Shown: one piece after another, positions 12,701 to 26,332 of the stretch
How positions within the stretch are numbered: position 1 is the stretch's first letter
How the letters are laid out: the number at the start of each line of letters is the position of its first letter
From: Pocillopora damicornis
Lineage: Eukaryota
Direction: 5' to 3'
Assembly: GCF_003704095.1 (NCBI RefSeq)
Contig: NW_020847034.1
Location: 62,001 to 126,000 of the forward strand
DNA length: 64,000 nt
Program-made: the position numbers and the translations under genes
Notes under the pieces: generated by a model
Database searches by the model: none
The model's input: only the letters and a program-made list of their open reading frames with translations
What the model was told of the DNA's origin: nothing

Positions 12701-15700
12701 ATCTCTCGTGGAGACTTTGCATGTCTTTCTGAATCTTTACCCTCTCTTCTAATCCTACACAAGGCTCCGTTGTCAGCTTATTCCCAAAGTCCGTCATCTC
12801 AGCGAATTTTGGCTGCTCTTGAAGAAGTTCAGTGATCATTGCCTATTAAAAAGAAATAGACCCGATGAGATCCAGTATCTAGTCCCAAAAGCCCTTAATT
12901 CACCATCTCTTCCTCTCTCAGCCACTGTTAGAACAACATAGACTTTTAAGCTCTTCTTTAGAAAAAACATCGTTTACCTTCCGGACAGAGTACAGGAGCT
13001 ATAGTGAAGTTAAATTTTAAACATAACCTGTTTAAAACATTGATAACGCTGTTTTCCATTTAATTTCATTAACTAGTGAACTTGTTCTCACACCAAACAA
13101 TTAGAAAATGCCCCAACCTGTGCGTCTTTTTCTTGTGTTTTTACATAGCTGATGTCGTATCCGATTGGCTCGTGGGACTGAACAGTTGTCTCATTCTTTA
13201 TCAGCCATTTATCAAGGGGATCCGTTTTTTCTGGCCAGAGCTTCATCTTTTCTCCTTGCTCTTTCTCCATTTGCTTAATTTGATCATCCAATCTAGAACA
13301 GAAGCACAACAACATGCTTATTTCTACGGGACATGACAAAAAATGCATCTTCTCCCTAGAGGGGGTCTAAGTAGAAACTCATTCTTTCAAGATCATTGGA
13401 TATTTCTCGGACTTACCCCTCGGGCTAATATCCAAATCGAATACTTTTTTATGGAAAAAAATGCGCACCAGTGAAAGCAATCATCTCTCAAAAAGTGTGG
13501 CTTTATGGTGATTCTCATGAGTACAAATGATAATAGAAAATCTTGAGTTTGTTGTTAGGTTTTCAGTTTAAGTACTTTATTTGGAAAGAGGGAATTTGTT
13601 TGGATATAGCACGATGACATTCCTCATATCAAGTATTTCTCACTACAAGTACATATTAACAGCAACGAACCTGTTTTTTGCAGCCTCCGTTGATGCAAGA
13701 AGTCCTTTATAGCGTTCGATAATGGTAGCTTTTTCATTGTTAACCAAGTTCCTCTCCAAGTCACGCATACTCGGGTCGTTAGTAATCTTGTCTCCAAGTT
13801 GATCTAGCTTGTCCATCTGATTGTCGTGCCGTTTTATTTCTCGCAAAATGTCCTAAAGTGATTTGGAGAAAAAGAAAGATGATCTTTTTATCAAACGAAA
13901 GGCAACACCTAGCACACTAAAATCGTGAACACTACTTAGCAAAAAGATGGGCATTCACAGACCTCAATTTCCTGTCTTTGAGCCCGCGCGTGATCGAGAT
14001 CCGGAGGAGTTACATCTTGAGCTTGCACACGCGCAGAGGTGTCAGATAACCACTTAAGAGTAGAGTTACAAGAGTTCTTCCACTGCCCTAACAAATCTTT
14101 TTGACGTTGTTGTAGGCTGAGATGCTTATCTTCGATTCTGGAAAAGAAATAAACAGAGCTCTTCCATATATAGTTGTCTATTAAATGGACCATTTCACAA
14201 CATTCCTAGTTTTATTTCCCTTACAAACCTCTGTTGTCTCGCGTCAAGATCGAACTTTACTTTATTCCAACGTTTTTTGAAGACTTCAGCCTCATGCTCC
14301 ACAGTCTCCAAATCCTTTTCGGGGACGTCACTTTGGTCGATCAACCAGTCAGAGTTCTTGAGAAAGTCGTCAACTTGTGGATCCAGTACGTTTACAGTTT
14401 TCTTCAGTCTCTGCAAAAATAAGCAAGCTCCATTCACATCGTGGAAACTGAACAACATCTCAAATAATTTGTCCGTAAACAGCACACAACGTATTCTCGT
14501 TTGACCCACCTGAACTTCAGTCTTCTGTTTCTCCAGCGCGTCGAAATCTGGAGCAATTTCCTGCTCACAGACGCTTTCAACTTTCGCAGCCTCCACCTGG
14601 ATTATGTCAAATTGGTCATTCCATCTCGAAAGTTCACCCTCAGTTTTCTCCAAGTTTGTCAGTTGTTCTTCCAATCTGCAAATAAGGATAGAGAAGCTTT
14701 CAAACATTTTGCTAAGTTTTTAGTTATTCTCAGGTGTCTGATATTGAACAGTTGATGCTATTGCTATTCTTTTTAAATAGGGACTATTTACAAATAACTT
14801 CGAATACTCGCTCAGTTTTCCTTCTGAAAAAACATGTTGTGTTGCACCGCTTTGAACTTTTTTGGATCATAACGCAGACGCTCTAAAAGTCCAAAAGATA
14901 AGTCATAAAGTTTCGCTCGAAACATCGCGATAATTTTTCGGAAAACAAGAAACGAGTTCTGACGATGTTTGCTTGCATGCTGTTTAAACGTCAGTGCAGT
15001 TACCCATGCTGGTGGTCATTAATCTTTTCGACGACCCTTTCCCATCTTTCAAGGCGGTCGTCTTTATCGTGCTCCATGCTCTGTTTTGATCTCTCGTCAA
15101 TTACAGGGTCTGCTAGTAATTCGACGGTGAAAGTTTCGAAGTCATCTACTTTCTTCTGCTGTCCAATAAGCTGATTCGTTTTCTAAACATAATAAAAGGC
15201 ATGCTTCGAGAACTCGTCAAAAAGAATGTACTTTTATTAGAATTTTAGTTTGAAGAACATGGAAACTAGGTGTTGTTGTTGTTGTTTTTTTTTCTTATCA
15301 GTAACGCTGTTGAGGGAAATCCGAACTTAATCAGTACAGTTTTGAGTTGCACAGGGTGCAAGAGCCGTGCAGAGGTTGCCTCCCTTTATGAGGGCGTCTT
15401 TGGGGTCTTCCGCTCGTAGATTTGTTTTTGTGATAATAAGGATGCCTGGATCAGGATATCCACCCCCGAGATTGCAGACTCGGTTTATAGCTTGGCGACC
15501 TCTCTCACCAACTCTTCAGCCAGTCAACTACGCCAATGGCACAAACTACATTTTTTTTTAATTAAATCCTCAGTTGATAACAAAACTCATTCGATTCTTT
15601 ATTTTCGATATCGTACCTGGAAATCGTCATATTGTCTTTGAACAGTCTCCAGGTCATCTGCTATTGGCTCTAGCCTCTCTGTTTCTCTCTCTGCCTTTCG

Positions 15701-18700
15701 TAAAAAACTATCGAAGTGATTAACCTTTTCTTCCCACTCATCGAGCTTCTTCCGTCTGTCCCTCTGCATCCTCTTGGAAGCTTCATCAAGTCTTAGATAG
15801 AGAGAAAATGGTAGAAAAAATAGCTAGTCGAAACCATATTTCGGTTATTTTTGAAAACATATGGAAATAGAGATTAAGGAGATCAGTACTGCAATTTTTG
15901 AAGGAAGAATAAAATTTTTAGCAAGGTCTTGAGTTTGATAAACAAGAATAATTTTCAAACTATTTACCAATTCCAACCCAGCCATGTCAGGTAGCTTAGT
16001 ATGGAATACCAGTAAGCCATGCATGTCATTATGAAACAAATAGTAAAGATACATTTGAAAATGTCGTTATAACCTTGAGATATGGACCTACACCTGTATG
16101 CGTCGCATACCTTTCTTTTCTCAAGGCAACAAAATCCTTTATTCGGTCCCAGCGTGCTGTCAAAGAATTGAGATGTTCCACCACCTCATCTTTCCTTTTC
16201 TGGGTAAGCTTGGGATCCTTTTTAACTTTCTCTCCCAAGGCAAGAGTGTCAAGCATTTGAGTTGTGTTCAGTTCCATTTCATTGGAAAATATCTGCAGGG
16301 TAAAGAAACCAGATAAAAATAAATTCTTTCACATTGAAGAAAACAGTTTGGTCACTTGAACAAAACGTATGTGGGCAGTGCTTACAACATAGGCCTTATC
16401 GATTTGAATCAAATTGAAGATGTTCTCCATCTCCAGAGACAACATCTGCTCAATGGCAATCTAGACCGAACAAGACCACGGGACAGCGAAGTCATGTATA
16501 TGAAGAGTTAATCTCTTAAGTGAGTAGAAGTGGAGGTAAATGATTAATGAATGGTTAAAAGCCGACCCTTATGTACCAAACATGTCATGTGTTGCTTTTC
16601 AACAAAACAGTTGTTAGTTGCAGTAAAAATATGAATGTGCTGACCTCAAACGCGTCCTCCTGTCTCCTGACAGTCTCTATGTCATTCCCTATAGGGTCAT
16701 CAATAACAGATATCTGACCCTCCAGTTTATCTAATGCAAGACCCGCTCTTTCTGAGCGAATCCTCCATCGCTCTAAAGCGTCCTGTTCTTGTCGTTCCAA
16801 TTTGTTGAGGTTTTCTTCCATTCTAAAACAAGAAGAAAAAAGAATGCAAGATTTCAACATGTGGTCAATAAATAGCCGCATTCAAATGATCTTCTTCTAA
16901 AGTGCAATATCGTCTAACTGTGTTTAGATGTAGATAAAATTATGCTCCCAACATAATAAACCCTCCGAAGTTCCAGATTGTAACCCTCTACCTTGGGTCA
17001 AGCGAGCCACCAAGTCAGGTGCTAAAGAGTATTATATACAAACATTCAGTTACCTGGCCTGCTTAGCATTAGCGAGATTAACCAGATCGTTCCAATTTTC
17101 ATTACAGATGACAGTTTCCTCGCGGACACCTCGCCTCTCTTCTTCCCCAAGACATGGGTCAGTAACGAGGTTGCCACTGAACTCGTTTAGGTGAGTTACC
17201 TTTTCTTGATAACCTGGAGCGTCTTTGATGATTTCCTTAATTGAAATCAAAACATAGAGTATCAGCACATTCGTTGCTTCAAGTCGCTCATTCTTAGAAT
17301 CATTCGCAAAATTACTCAATCTTAGAATCGTAAGGCCACAGGATTACAGCAAAGAAATTGATGGACAATAAGAGCCTTACGTGAAGAAAGAACCCTAAAA
17401 AGGAAATATTTGAGACAAAACAACAACAACGAGGAGATTAAAAACAACAGCAAACCTGAAAGTCATCTATTTGTTCCAAAGCAGCGTCCACATCGGTAGC
17501 CAGTCTCTGTTGGGCTTCAACCTTAACTCTTGTCTTCACTACCCATCCACTGACCTCATCAAGTCCCTCATGCCATTTCTGGAGCTTGTCCTCTTGCTGC
17601 ATCTTGAGTTTTGAGATAGTGTCGTCAATTCTGTTTGTAAGAGGTTGGCAGAGTGAGAAGAGCTGTCTTATAAAACGTTGAGGAGTCAAGAATTATCTTG
17701 GACCGGTTGCTCCAAGCATACTTTCCGGTGATTTAGANNNNNNNNNNNNNNNNNNNNNNNNNNNNNNNNNNNNNNNNNNNNNNNNNNNNNNNNNNNNNNN
17801 NNNNNNNNNNNNNNNNNNNNNNNNNNNNNNNNNNNNNTTTTAAAAGTCCAACCGGTGTTTTGTTACTCTCAGTTCCTCTGACAATCATTTACGAACCAAA
17901 ATGCATATTACCGTACTGACGAAAAGTGTCTTCAGTTGTCTCAACGGCTCTGAGGTGCTGGGGGGGGACAGTTCTCAAAGACCCCATTGTCAAGTGTTGT
18001 CTGTATTTGATGCTGTTCTCTCGTGGTATGTTTTACTTATTTTCTTATTAATTTTGTTGAATGTTCTTTCGTAGGATCTCTCAGCAGATCTTGTGCAAAC
18101 TGAACCGGAAATGATAAAGACTTTAGACTTCGGAAGAGAGTTAGCATCAAATAAAAATTTGAGCTCTGATAGCCGTCAAAAAGTGGCTGACGATGTGAGT
18201 GATGTGGAAAAAAGATGGAAGACTCTTATGAAAGAGTCTCAAGATGAATACGCTAGGTAATGTTGTTGGCTTGATATGCATTGCCTTTGTGGGTAATATA
18301 AATAGAGTAAAATGAGCGAAAAGGAGAAGAATAAATTGAAAGGCAAGAAAGGATGGATAGTAACATTTTTCTCGAGGGTGGAATAGTGTGTCACAAGCTT
18401 ATCTCGTGAGAATTCGGATGGCGACGTCTTATTATAAAAACCGGACTACAAGTTGCTCTAAAGCTTACAAGGTGAGAGAATCTTGTGAGCAAGTATTGAT
18501 TGACCATAAACATTTACACAGATGCAAGAACGTGTTCATTACTAGAGCCGGTGCTTTTTTTATACAAAATATTTGAAAAGGATACACGATTCATGACTAA
18601 ACGTCTGCTTGTGCTTGTTTCGAAGCGAAAATCAGCGCGACACTGTAGCAAATAAAACCATCACCTCTGGCGAGATTGAATAAGAGATACAGTTCAATGG

Positions 18701-21700
18701 CCATGTTCCATTCTTTCTTTTTTTGCTATTTTAGGCTTGGTGTTGAACTAGGAGCTTCACAAGCTCGACAAAGAAACTTGGAGACCTGGCACGAGCGATG
18801 CGATGATCTTCATGGTTGGGTGACCGACAGATATACAAGGTTACGTTCCCGACCGACTTCTCCTGAAGCATCTTTTGGGGGAATAAAAAGACAACAGAGT
18901 GTTATTGAGGTAAAAATTTTTAGAACGTAGCGTCTCATTTTTCCAGATCTTATGTCGGTTTTTGAAGATGAACCGACAAAAAAATATTTCTACCCCTCCT
19001 GAAAATGATTGTTTCATCTCAAGCAACCTTCCACCCTCAGCACTTTAGAAGATCTCCCCCTCCTCCAATTTTTAGGCACTGGTTAGGGAGGGAGGCTTTT
19101 TCCGTTAAGCTGACCTTAATTTGGTGTTATCGACTGTGCGTTTTCAGGATCTCGTCAAGGACTTAACTTCCAAACAAGGTGAAGTAAACGAAGTTATTGA
19201 CGAAGGAAATCAAGTCATCGACGATCATACTTATGCAGAAAAAGAAAGGAAACTTGTTCATGAGAAGATGACCGCACTTCACGATGATTGGAATAAACTA
19301 GCCACGTTGACTTCCGGTAAACAGCAAAGGTAAGTGTTGAGATTTGTAAGGGTCAGATATCTGTTATTGAGTGATCAGTAAGATTTCGATTCATTTATTG
19401 CTCTTCATCAAATTCAGTGTTTTATAAAAGCCCATAAGGATTGGTGAAAAAGTTTGCTTTACATCCCAGTTCATCAATCGCACTTTACCACCGACATAAA
19501 TACGAGATGGCTTCCGGAAACAACCACTTGTTTTCGTTATCAACTAATCATTCCCACCTTTNNNNNNNNNNNNNNNNNNNNNNNNNNNNNNNNNNNNNNN
19601 NNNNNNNNNNNNNNNNNNNNNNNNNNNNNNNNNNNNNNNNNNNNNNNNNNNNNNNNNNNNNTGCGATCTAATGACTCGGTGACTAGTGGAATATTCCATG
19701 GTATACAACTCAAAGCAATGAATAACTTCCTAGTTCTTACATATACCTACAAGTCTGTGAAATTTATGATTTAATTACCTTGAGCAGGATGTAAGAGCTT
19801 TCAACGTCCTCATTGCTCTCTGCGTTCTTCCCATTCTGAATTTTTTCATCAGCAGCATCCATATAAGATGTCAAGCTGGCACATCTATCACGCCAATCTT
19901 TCATCACCGCTTCCTCTTTCTGTAATGCGTCTAAGCGCTCTCGAATCCTGCAAGAAAAGATCAGGAAACAAAAGTAAAATCTTTAGTTTGGTTTCGTGAC
20001 CGTTCTTTTGAGCACTTAAAAAACCGTTCAATACAACGTTTTTCACCCTTCTCGAACGATGATTGTCGAGGATCCCTTACGTAACCTTGAAACATTAAAG
20101 AATGTGGAAAAAAGGATAACTGGTGCGGTAGGCGTTTACTAAAGTCTTTAAAATGTTATCAACACTCACAAGAGAGTGCGAAACGGCGAAAGGGGTTAGA
20201 TTTCCGCTGGCAATCCTTCATCTTCAAGGGCCGTTTGCATAAACTATTGTTTAGCGTTTAAGTGTGTTTAAAGGTACGTGAGACATATTTAAAACACTTC
20301 CTTTGCCGGGCCAAGGACCGTTTCAAGGGCCGTTTCAAGGGCCGTTTGCATAAACTACAGTTTAGCGTTTAAGTGTGTTTAAAGGTACTTGAGACATATT
20401 TAAAACACTGCCTTTGCTTTGTAAACGAATACATGTACTTCGGACCTAGGAAAGGCTTTTACATTCAGGTTTAATTTGAGACTAAAAGATAATTTACCTG
20501 CGTTCTTGTTCATCGTTGGCTCGCTCCAGTCTCTCCATGTCTCCTCCTAGCTCATTTAAGTCTTGCTTGATGTTAGCCTTGTTTACGTAACTAATGTAAT
20601 CATCCTCCAATAGTTCTTTTCCAAATGCCAGACCGGCATTTATCTCGGGTTTTGATGCCTGTAGTTTGTGACTGCATTCCTGTAATTAAATAGAATGAGA
20701 TGAAAAAAAAATTCATACAAATGGTTAGGAAAAAATTTAGACCTCTGCCAAACTCAGCTGAAATAAGAACCAAACATTTTCTCTCAACAAAGAAAAACTT
20801 AAGGCAAATCCTCAGTACCTTTGACAAAGTGATTTGCTCTTCGGTATCCCCGCGGTCCTTCGGATTCCCCTTAGCTTGTAGTTCAGCCATTTTGTCACCA
20901 CAATCCTTTATCAAAATGTGGATGCGTGTGGTCCGGTTCTTCCACTCTGTGACTTTTTGCTCTTCACCTTTCTGATAAAGAATATCTTCAAGCCTGAAAG
21001 GACATCAGTGAGACTCCATAAGTAATAAATGTGACACGATATTAAGCTCATACGAACTGATAGCGGACCCTGCACAAACAAATAGAGTACATAGAACGTT
21101 AATTGATAAAAAAGGACGTCAACGGTGTGAGGAAAATCACTTACCTTTTTACAAAGTGAATCTCTGTGATGAAAACTCATGAATACCGAAAAACAGCCCA
21201 CTGTATTATATATCATGGAAAGTTTGAACCCGGGAATCAAGATCTGAAACACGGGGCTCTAAACCGCTTGTTGAGCTGCCTCCACCAAAAATACGGTTGA
21301 ATAATTAAAGTGCCATACATTATCGCACCAGGCCTTTATGTAGAAGACGACTTGCTACACTGTATTTATTATAGTTGAAAATTTCGGCCCCAAATATCTC
21401 AAATCCTTTTCGTTGTCGTATAATTAGGTTTTGCAAAGTCGCCTGAAATTGTTATAGATTTTTACCTTTTCTGCTCATCGCCATTAGCTTTTTCTAATTC
21501 TTTTAGATCCTCTTCGATGTGATCCAGGTCCTGTTTGACTTTTGCCTTGTTGTCTTCGTCAACGATATCATCATTTAGAAGCAGCGACCCATATGCAGTA
21601 CCTTCATCGATCACCGGTTTGGCTGATTGCAACTCCTCCTCGAATTCCTACAAAAGTTGAATACACCTTACTGAAAAAGACGCATACAAGTCTCAAAATA

Positions 21701-24700
21701 CATTTTTCTAAATGAACTTGGTCTCTCGATAAATTCTTTAAGCAAACTTTTCTCGTGTTTTCCTTTCATGCCAGGTGAGTCATTACGCTGGTAAACCGAT
21801 AGAACGTACAGGTTTTCGCTAACAGACAAAAAAACTCACCTTAGCTAGAACAATCTGCTCTTCCAAGTCCTTCTTATCATGAGGATCTCCTTTAGACTTC
21901 AAATCTTTCACTTTTTCCTGACATTCGCCCTGTAGTTTGTTTATACGAATAACCCATATCTCCCACTGTTTCAGTTTTTTCTCCTTTTCTTCGTTTTGTT
22001 GGAAATATATTTGCTGCAACCTGGTAACAATATTACCAGTTAAAGAAAAGTTAGGTGTTGTGCATTTTAGGTGCATAGTCCGTTATATATTACATTTTTA
22101 GACTTTGCATACACAGCATCCTTGAAAAGCAGTCTCAGGAAAGGACAGGCTTTGTCTTATTTCATTAGCTAGATTAGCTGAGTACAATTAGATGCTCTTC
22201 TTGTAAATTATGCTAAATGAATTTACTACCTTTTATCAATCAATCGATCGATCAACCAAACAAGTACACATGTACGGACCTGAAGGCCATACAGTTATGT
22301 ATGCGAACTAGCGGAATCAAAAAGTCAGAGTACAATCCTGACAAGTCTTAGACAAAATACCTTAGTTTCTCTTTAGCGGTATCTTCCTTCAGGTCTTTCA
22401 GAGTTCGTTCCATTTCTACCACATCATCATGGATCTTTTGCTTTTCATCAGGATCAGTCAGATCGTCATCCACGAGTTGCTCACCATAATCTAAAGCAAA
22501 CTTGATCTCCGGTTCTGTATTGGTCAGGCTATCCTCGCAATCCTAATGGTCACAAAGAAAATCAGACCTGATAATCACATGGTGTTCAAAAGTTTTAAGT
22601 CAAGGAGAGAGGTCAGCAAATGTAAAAGCAGAGGTTCGAAATCGTCCTTCTGGTTAAATAAATTTTTTGACTCTGCGTGTACTTTGGTATATCGTTTATT
22701 ATCTTCTTGTCCTTTTGTTTTTCAACTGAACCTCGCAAAACATAAACCAAAGCAATCTCAGTAATCACAACAGCCGAGAAGAGGAAAAGCAAGTGTCACA
22801 AGGAGGCATTGAGAGATTAAAAATGCTATCTCCGAAGCGCGGCAAAACGGGCGCGACCAATTCGCGATTGGTTTCGGTTTTGTTCCCGATTGGTGAAGCG
22901 GGTGGCGCGAGCTTTCTCGACCAATCACCGAGTGTTGAGAGGTAAAACCAACACAATCCCAGATTACCTGCGAAACTCGCCTGAAAATTGCTTCAAAAGC
23001 CTACCTTTGCTTTCGCTAATAATTCCTCCACGTTCCGGTTCGTGGGATCGTCGGCCTTGACCTCGTCAAGGTGGTTTCGTTTCAAAGCAAGAATTGATCT
23101 CAATTTCACCTTCCAAGTTTCCCATTTTACTAATTTGTCCTTTTTATCGGTGTCGAACTGGATGGCTAGAATTTCCAACCTACGTAGATATCAAGTAAGA
23201 CATAGGCAAATATGCAGACATCTAGATTACTTCAATTGTTAGTAAATTAAGTATTTTATGAAAAAAAATGCAACAGCCACTCGGTTTACAAAGACCAATG
23301 GAGTTCGATTTTTTTTATTAATTACTCTCTTTTAAAGGACAATGCTCAGTTTTTGTGTGTGTGGGTCATCTTATCTAAGACATTTTACCAGGCAAAGATA
23401 CAAATCCATTATATTTTCAAAGCTCATCATTTTTTCAAGTAGTTACCGAAATAGAATCGTGTTCGATATAAATGAAGGGAAAATATGGACCACAGATAAA
23501 ACTAATGATATTCCACACGTTTACAAAAGCCTTAATCTAGATTTTTTTAACCGTTTGTTACCTGCCCTGTTCGTCAGCGTTGTCTTTCTCCATTTTGTCC
23601 AGATTATATTCCATATCGTTCACGTCCTTCTTGATTGAAGCCTTAACCTCATCATCAAGTATTTCATCATCTATCAAGAGCTTCCCGTAGTCAATACCTT
23701 CGTGAATCACCGGTTTAGCGGCCTCCAGCTCCTCCTTACACTCCTACATTTAAGTACCAAAAAAATATGATATGCAAAACTTTCGCAAAAGTTTGCCTTA
23801 CAAGGGCTGTCTTTGACGAAAACTTTGTGACCATGTATCGATGACTGACGTTTCGTAAACCTGAACGATGCACCACACGTGTGATCGCATTACACTTCCA
23901 TTGCAATCCTACCACCGAAATATTAGGGAAACATGATTGGGTTTTGTGCCCAATTGTGGATTGCATTTAACTATATGCAGCCTGGTATGTTACTTGTGTT
24001 TGTTCCGACCAGTTTGTTATTTCTCAAATCATTCATATTTGATGCAAACATTTACAACCAACCTTTTACTTCACAAGTCCCGAAGCAGTAAAAGGAACTG
24101 TAAAGATTTCAATAAATGTACTGCAGCTATAGATAGAAAGCGAAGTTCAAATTCCCAGTGCACAATCTAATTAACTCAAGCTAAGAAACTAGTTCTGACC
24201 TTCACAAGGACCATTTGTTCTTCGACTTCTTTCTTATTTTGTGGCTCATTTGCTTCCTTGAGTTCATTTGTCTTCGCTTGACACTTATCCTGTAACTTCC
24301 TCATTCGAATGATCCATGTTTGCCATGTTGTAATCTTCTCCGATTTCTCTTTATCTTGTTGAAGGCCTAAGTCTTCTAATCTGTGGAGAAAACCGCCGGA
24401 GTAAAATCACTACAAGTGAGCCAAAGAAATCTTCAAAGCCGCCTTCCTACCCCAGAAAAAACAACCGTGGCAGTTCCCTTGGCTGTTTGAAGAAGCCAGA
24501 TTAGACGAGTTCATAAGTTCTGAGGAACTAGAAGAGCTCCTTTAATTGCCTTCGTCGGAGTAAGGCCAATGTGTTTTATGACTCCAATCAAGAATTAAAA
24601 GCAATTAATTTAGCCTAATCAAACTTACTCCTTCTCGTAGTCATTCAGTTCAAGCTTCAGGCTCTTAAATCCTTCCCCAATTTCATTTCTTTCTTTCTTT

Positions 24701-26264
24701 ATTGACTCTCTATCTCTAGTGTCAACACTTTTGTCACTGATCAGATCTTCGGCGCACTTAAACGCCTGCTGGATCTCTGGCACTGAATCAGCGATCTCGG
24801 ACGAGCATTCCTGAGGGAAAAGAAATATGGATTCTAATTACTTTCTAAAGAAAAATGCTTCAAAAATCACATCGTGCATTGCAAGAGAATCCATTGACAC
24901 AAAGCAAGAAACAGTGACATTCATGTCACTCATCTCACCCGGGTAAGTTCTAGTTGTTCTTGCACTTTCTTCGGGTCCTTGGGAATTCCTTGACCTTTGA
25001 CTTTGTTGAACTTGCCCCTGGTCTTCTTATATTTGGAGTTTAACTTGTCTTTACCATCTTGCCACTTTTTCAATTTATCTTGAGCTCGAGCATCCTCAGC
25101 TACCTTTTCTGACAACAAGTTATTCAGCCTATAAAAAGGCAACGATTAAGGAACAAGGGACGAACACGCGAGCGAACGAACAAAGAACGAACATAAGAGC
25201 GAGAGAACGAACAAAAGAATGATTAAAACTACGAGCGATTGACGAGTGAATGAAAGAACGAATGAACGAGAAAACGAACGAAGACTTAACAAAAGCAGCG
25301 AATGTTCAAGCAAAAGCAAGCATGGACGAACGAACAAGCTACGAGGCAAATAAATTAAGGAACAAACGAACCGATGAAGAAACATACGCACGAAATAGCG
25401 AATAATGAACGAAAGAAATTGCGGTGGGCGACCAAAAGCGAAAAACTGAGGTAAGAAATGATATGCTGACCTGTCTTGTTCGGCATTTATGTCTTGCTGA
25501 AGAGCTTTGAAATCCTCTCCAATGTTGTTCATTTCCTTCTCGATCTTGTCTCTATCCTCATCACTAAGTTGATTATCAGCCAAGAGATCGTTGCCGTAAT
25601 CATAACCAGATTGAATTTCAGGAAACACAGACATAACGTCGTTTGTACATTTCTAAGGAGAATATAAGTACAAATTGCTGATAGATATCTTGTATTTACC
25701 CAAAACTCGCAATCTGGCTTCAAAGATGCGAGCTTTGGACCGACGACTTCAATAAAAAAGAACCATAAAAAGGCTGACCTATTCCATCCATCGATCGAGT
25801 GATAGTGGCAAAAGATAGCGAGCGTAAGCTAGTTCGCAAGGAGACGAGCAAGGAAAGAACGACCTCAACAGTGATCCTTAACGAATAAGGTGTACCAAGA
25901 CCAGCGAAATGCAGAAAGAAAAAAAGGAAAAAATAACTAAATAAAAGAATCCAACGCACAAAATAGACAAAAAAATTAAAACAAAGTAGGAAAATGAGAA
26001 TGCTACAACGTTTCTTTCTTTCAATTATTGTGCCATGAAGATTTTTACCTGTATCGCCTCGAGCTGTTCCTGTATTTCAGTGGTGGTGTGGGGATTCTTT
26101 TCCTTGATGTTTCGTAATTTTGTACGGGTATCAACATTAATCACTGATATTCTTTCAGTAACCTCCTGCCATTTTTCAAGCTTCTCCCTCTTTTCAGATT
26201 CTCTCTGAGAAATTGCGTCCTCCAGTCTGCGATAAAAATTCGAAAGCTTGTTGAGAAAAAGTAG

Positions 26265-26332
<68 letters not shown>

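Noticed and set aside
18075-19329. Independent antisense spectrin-repeat gene nested in the large gene
   Set aside because: No start or stop exon, bounded by gaps, and it exactly fills the missing modules when inverted.
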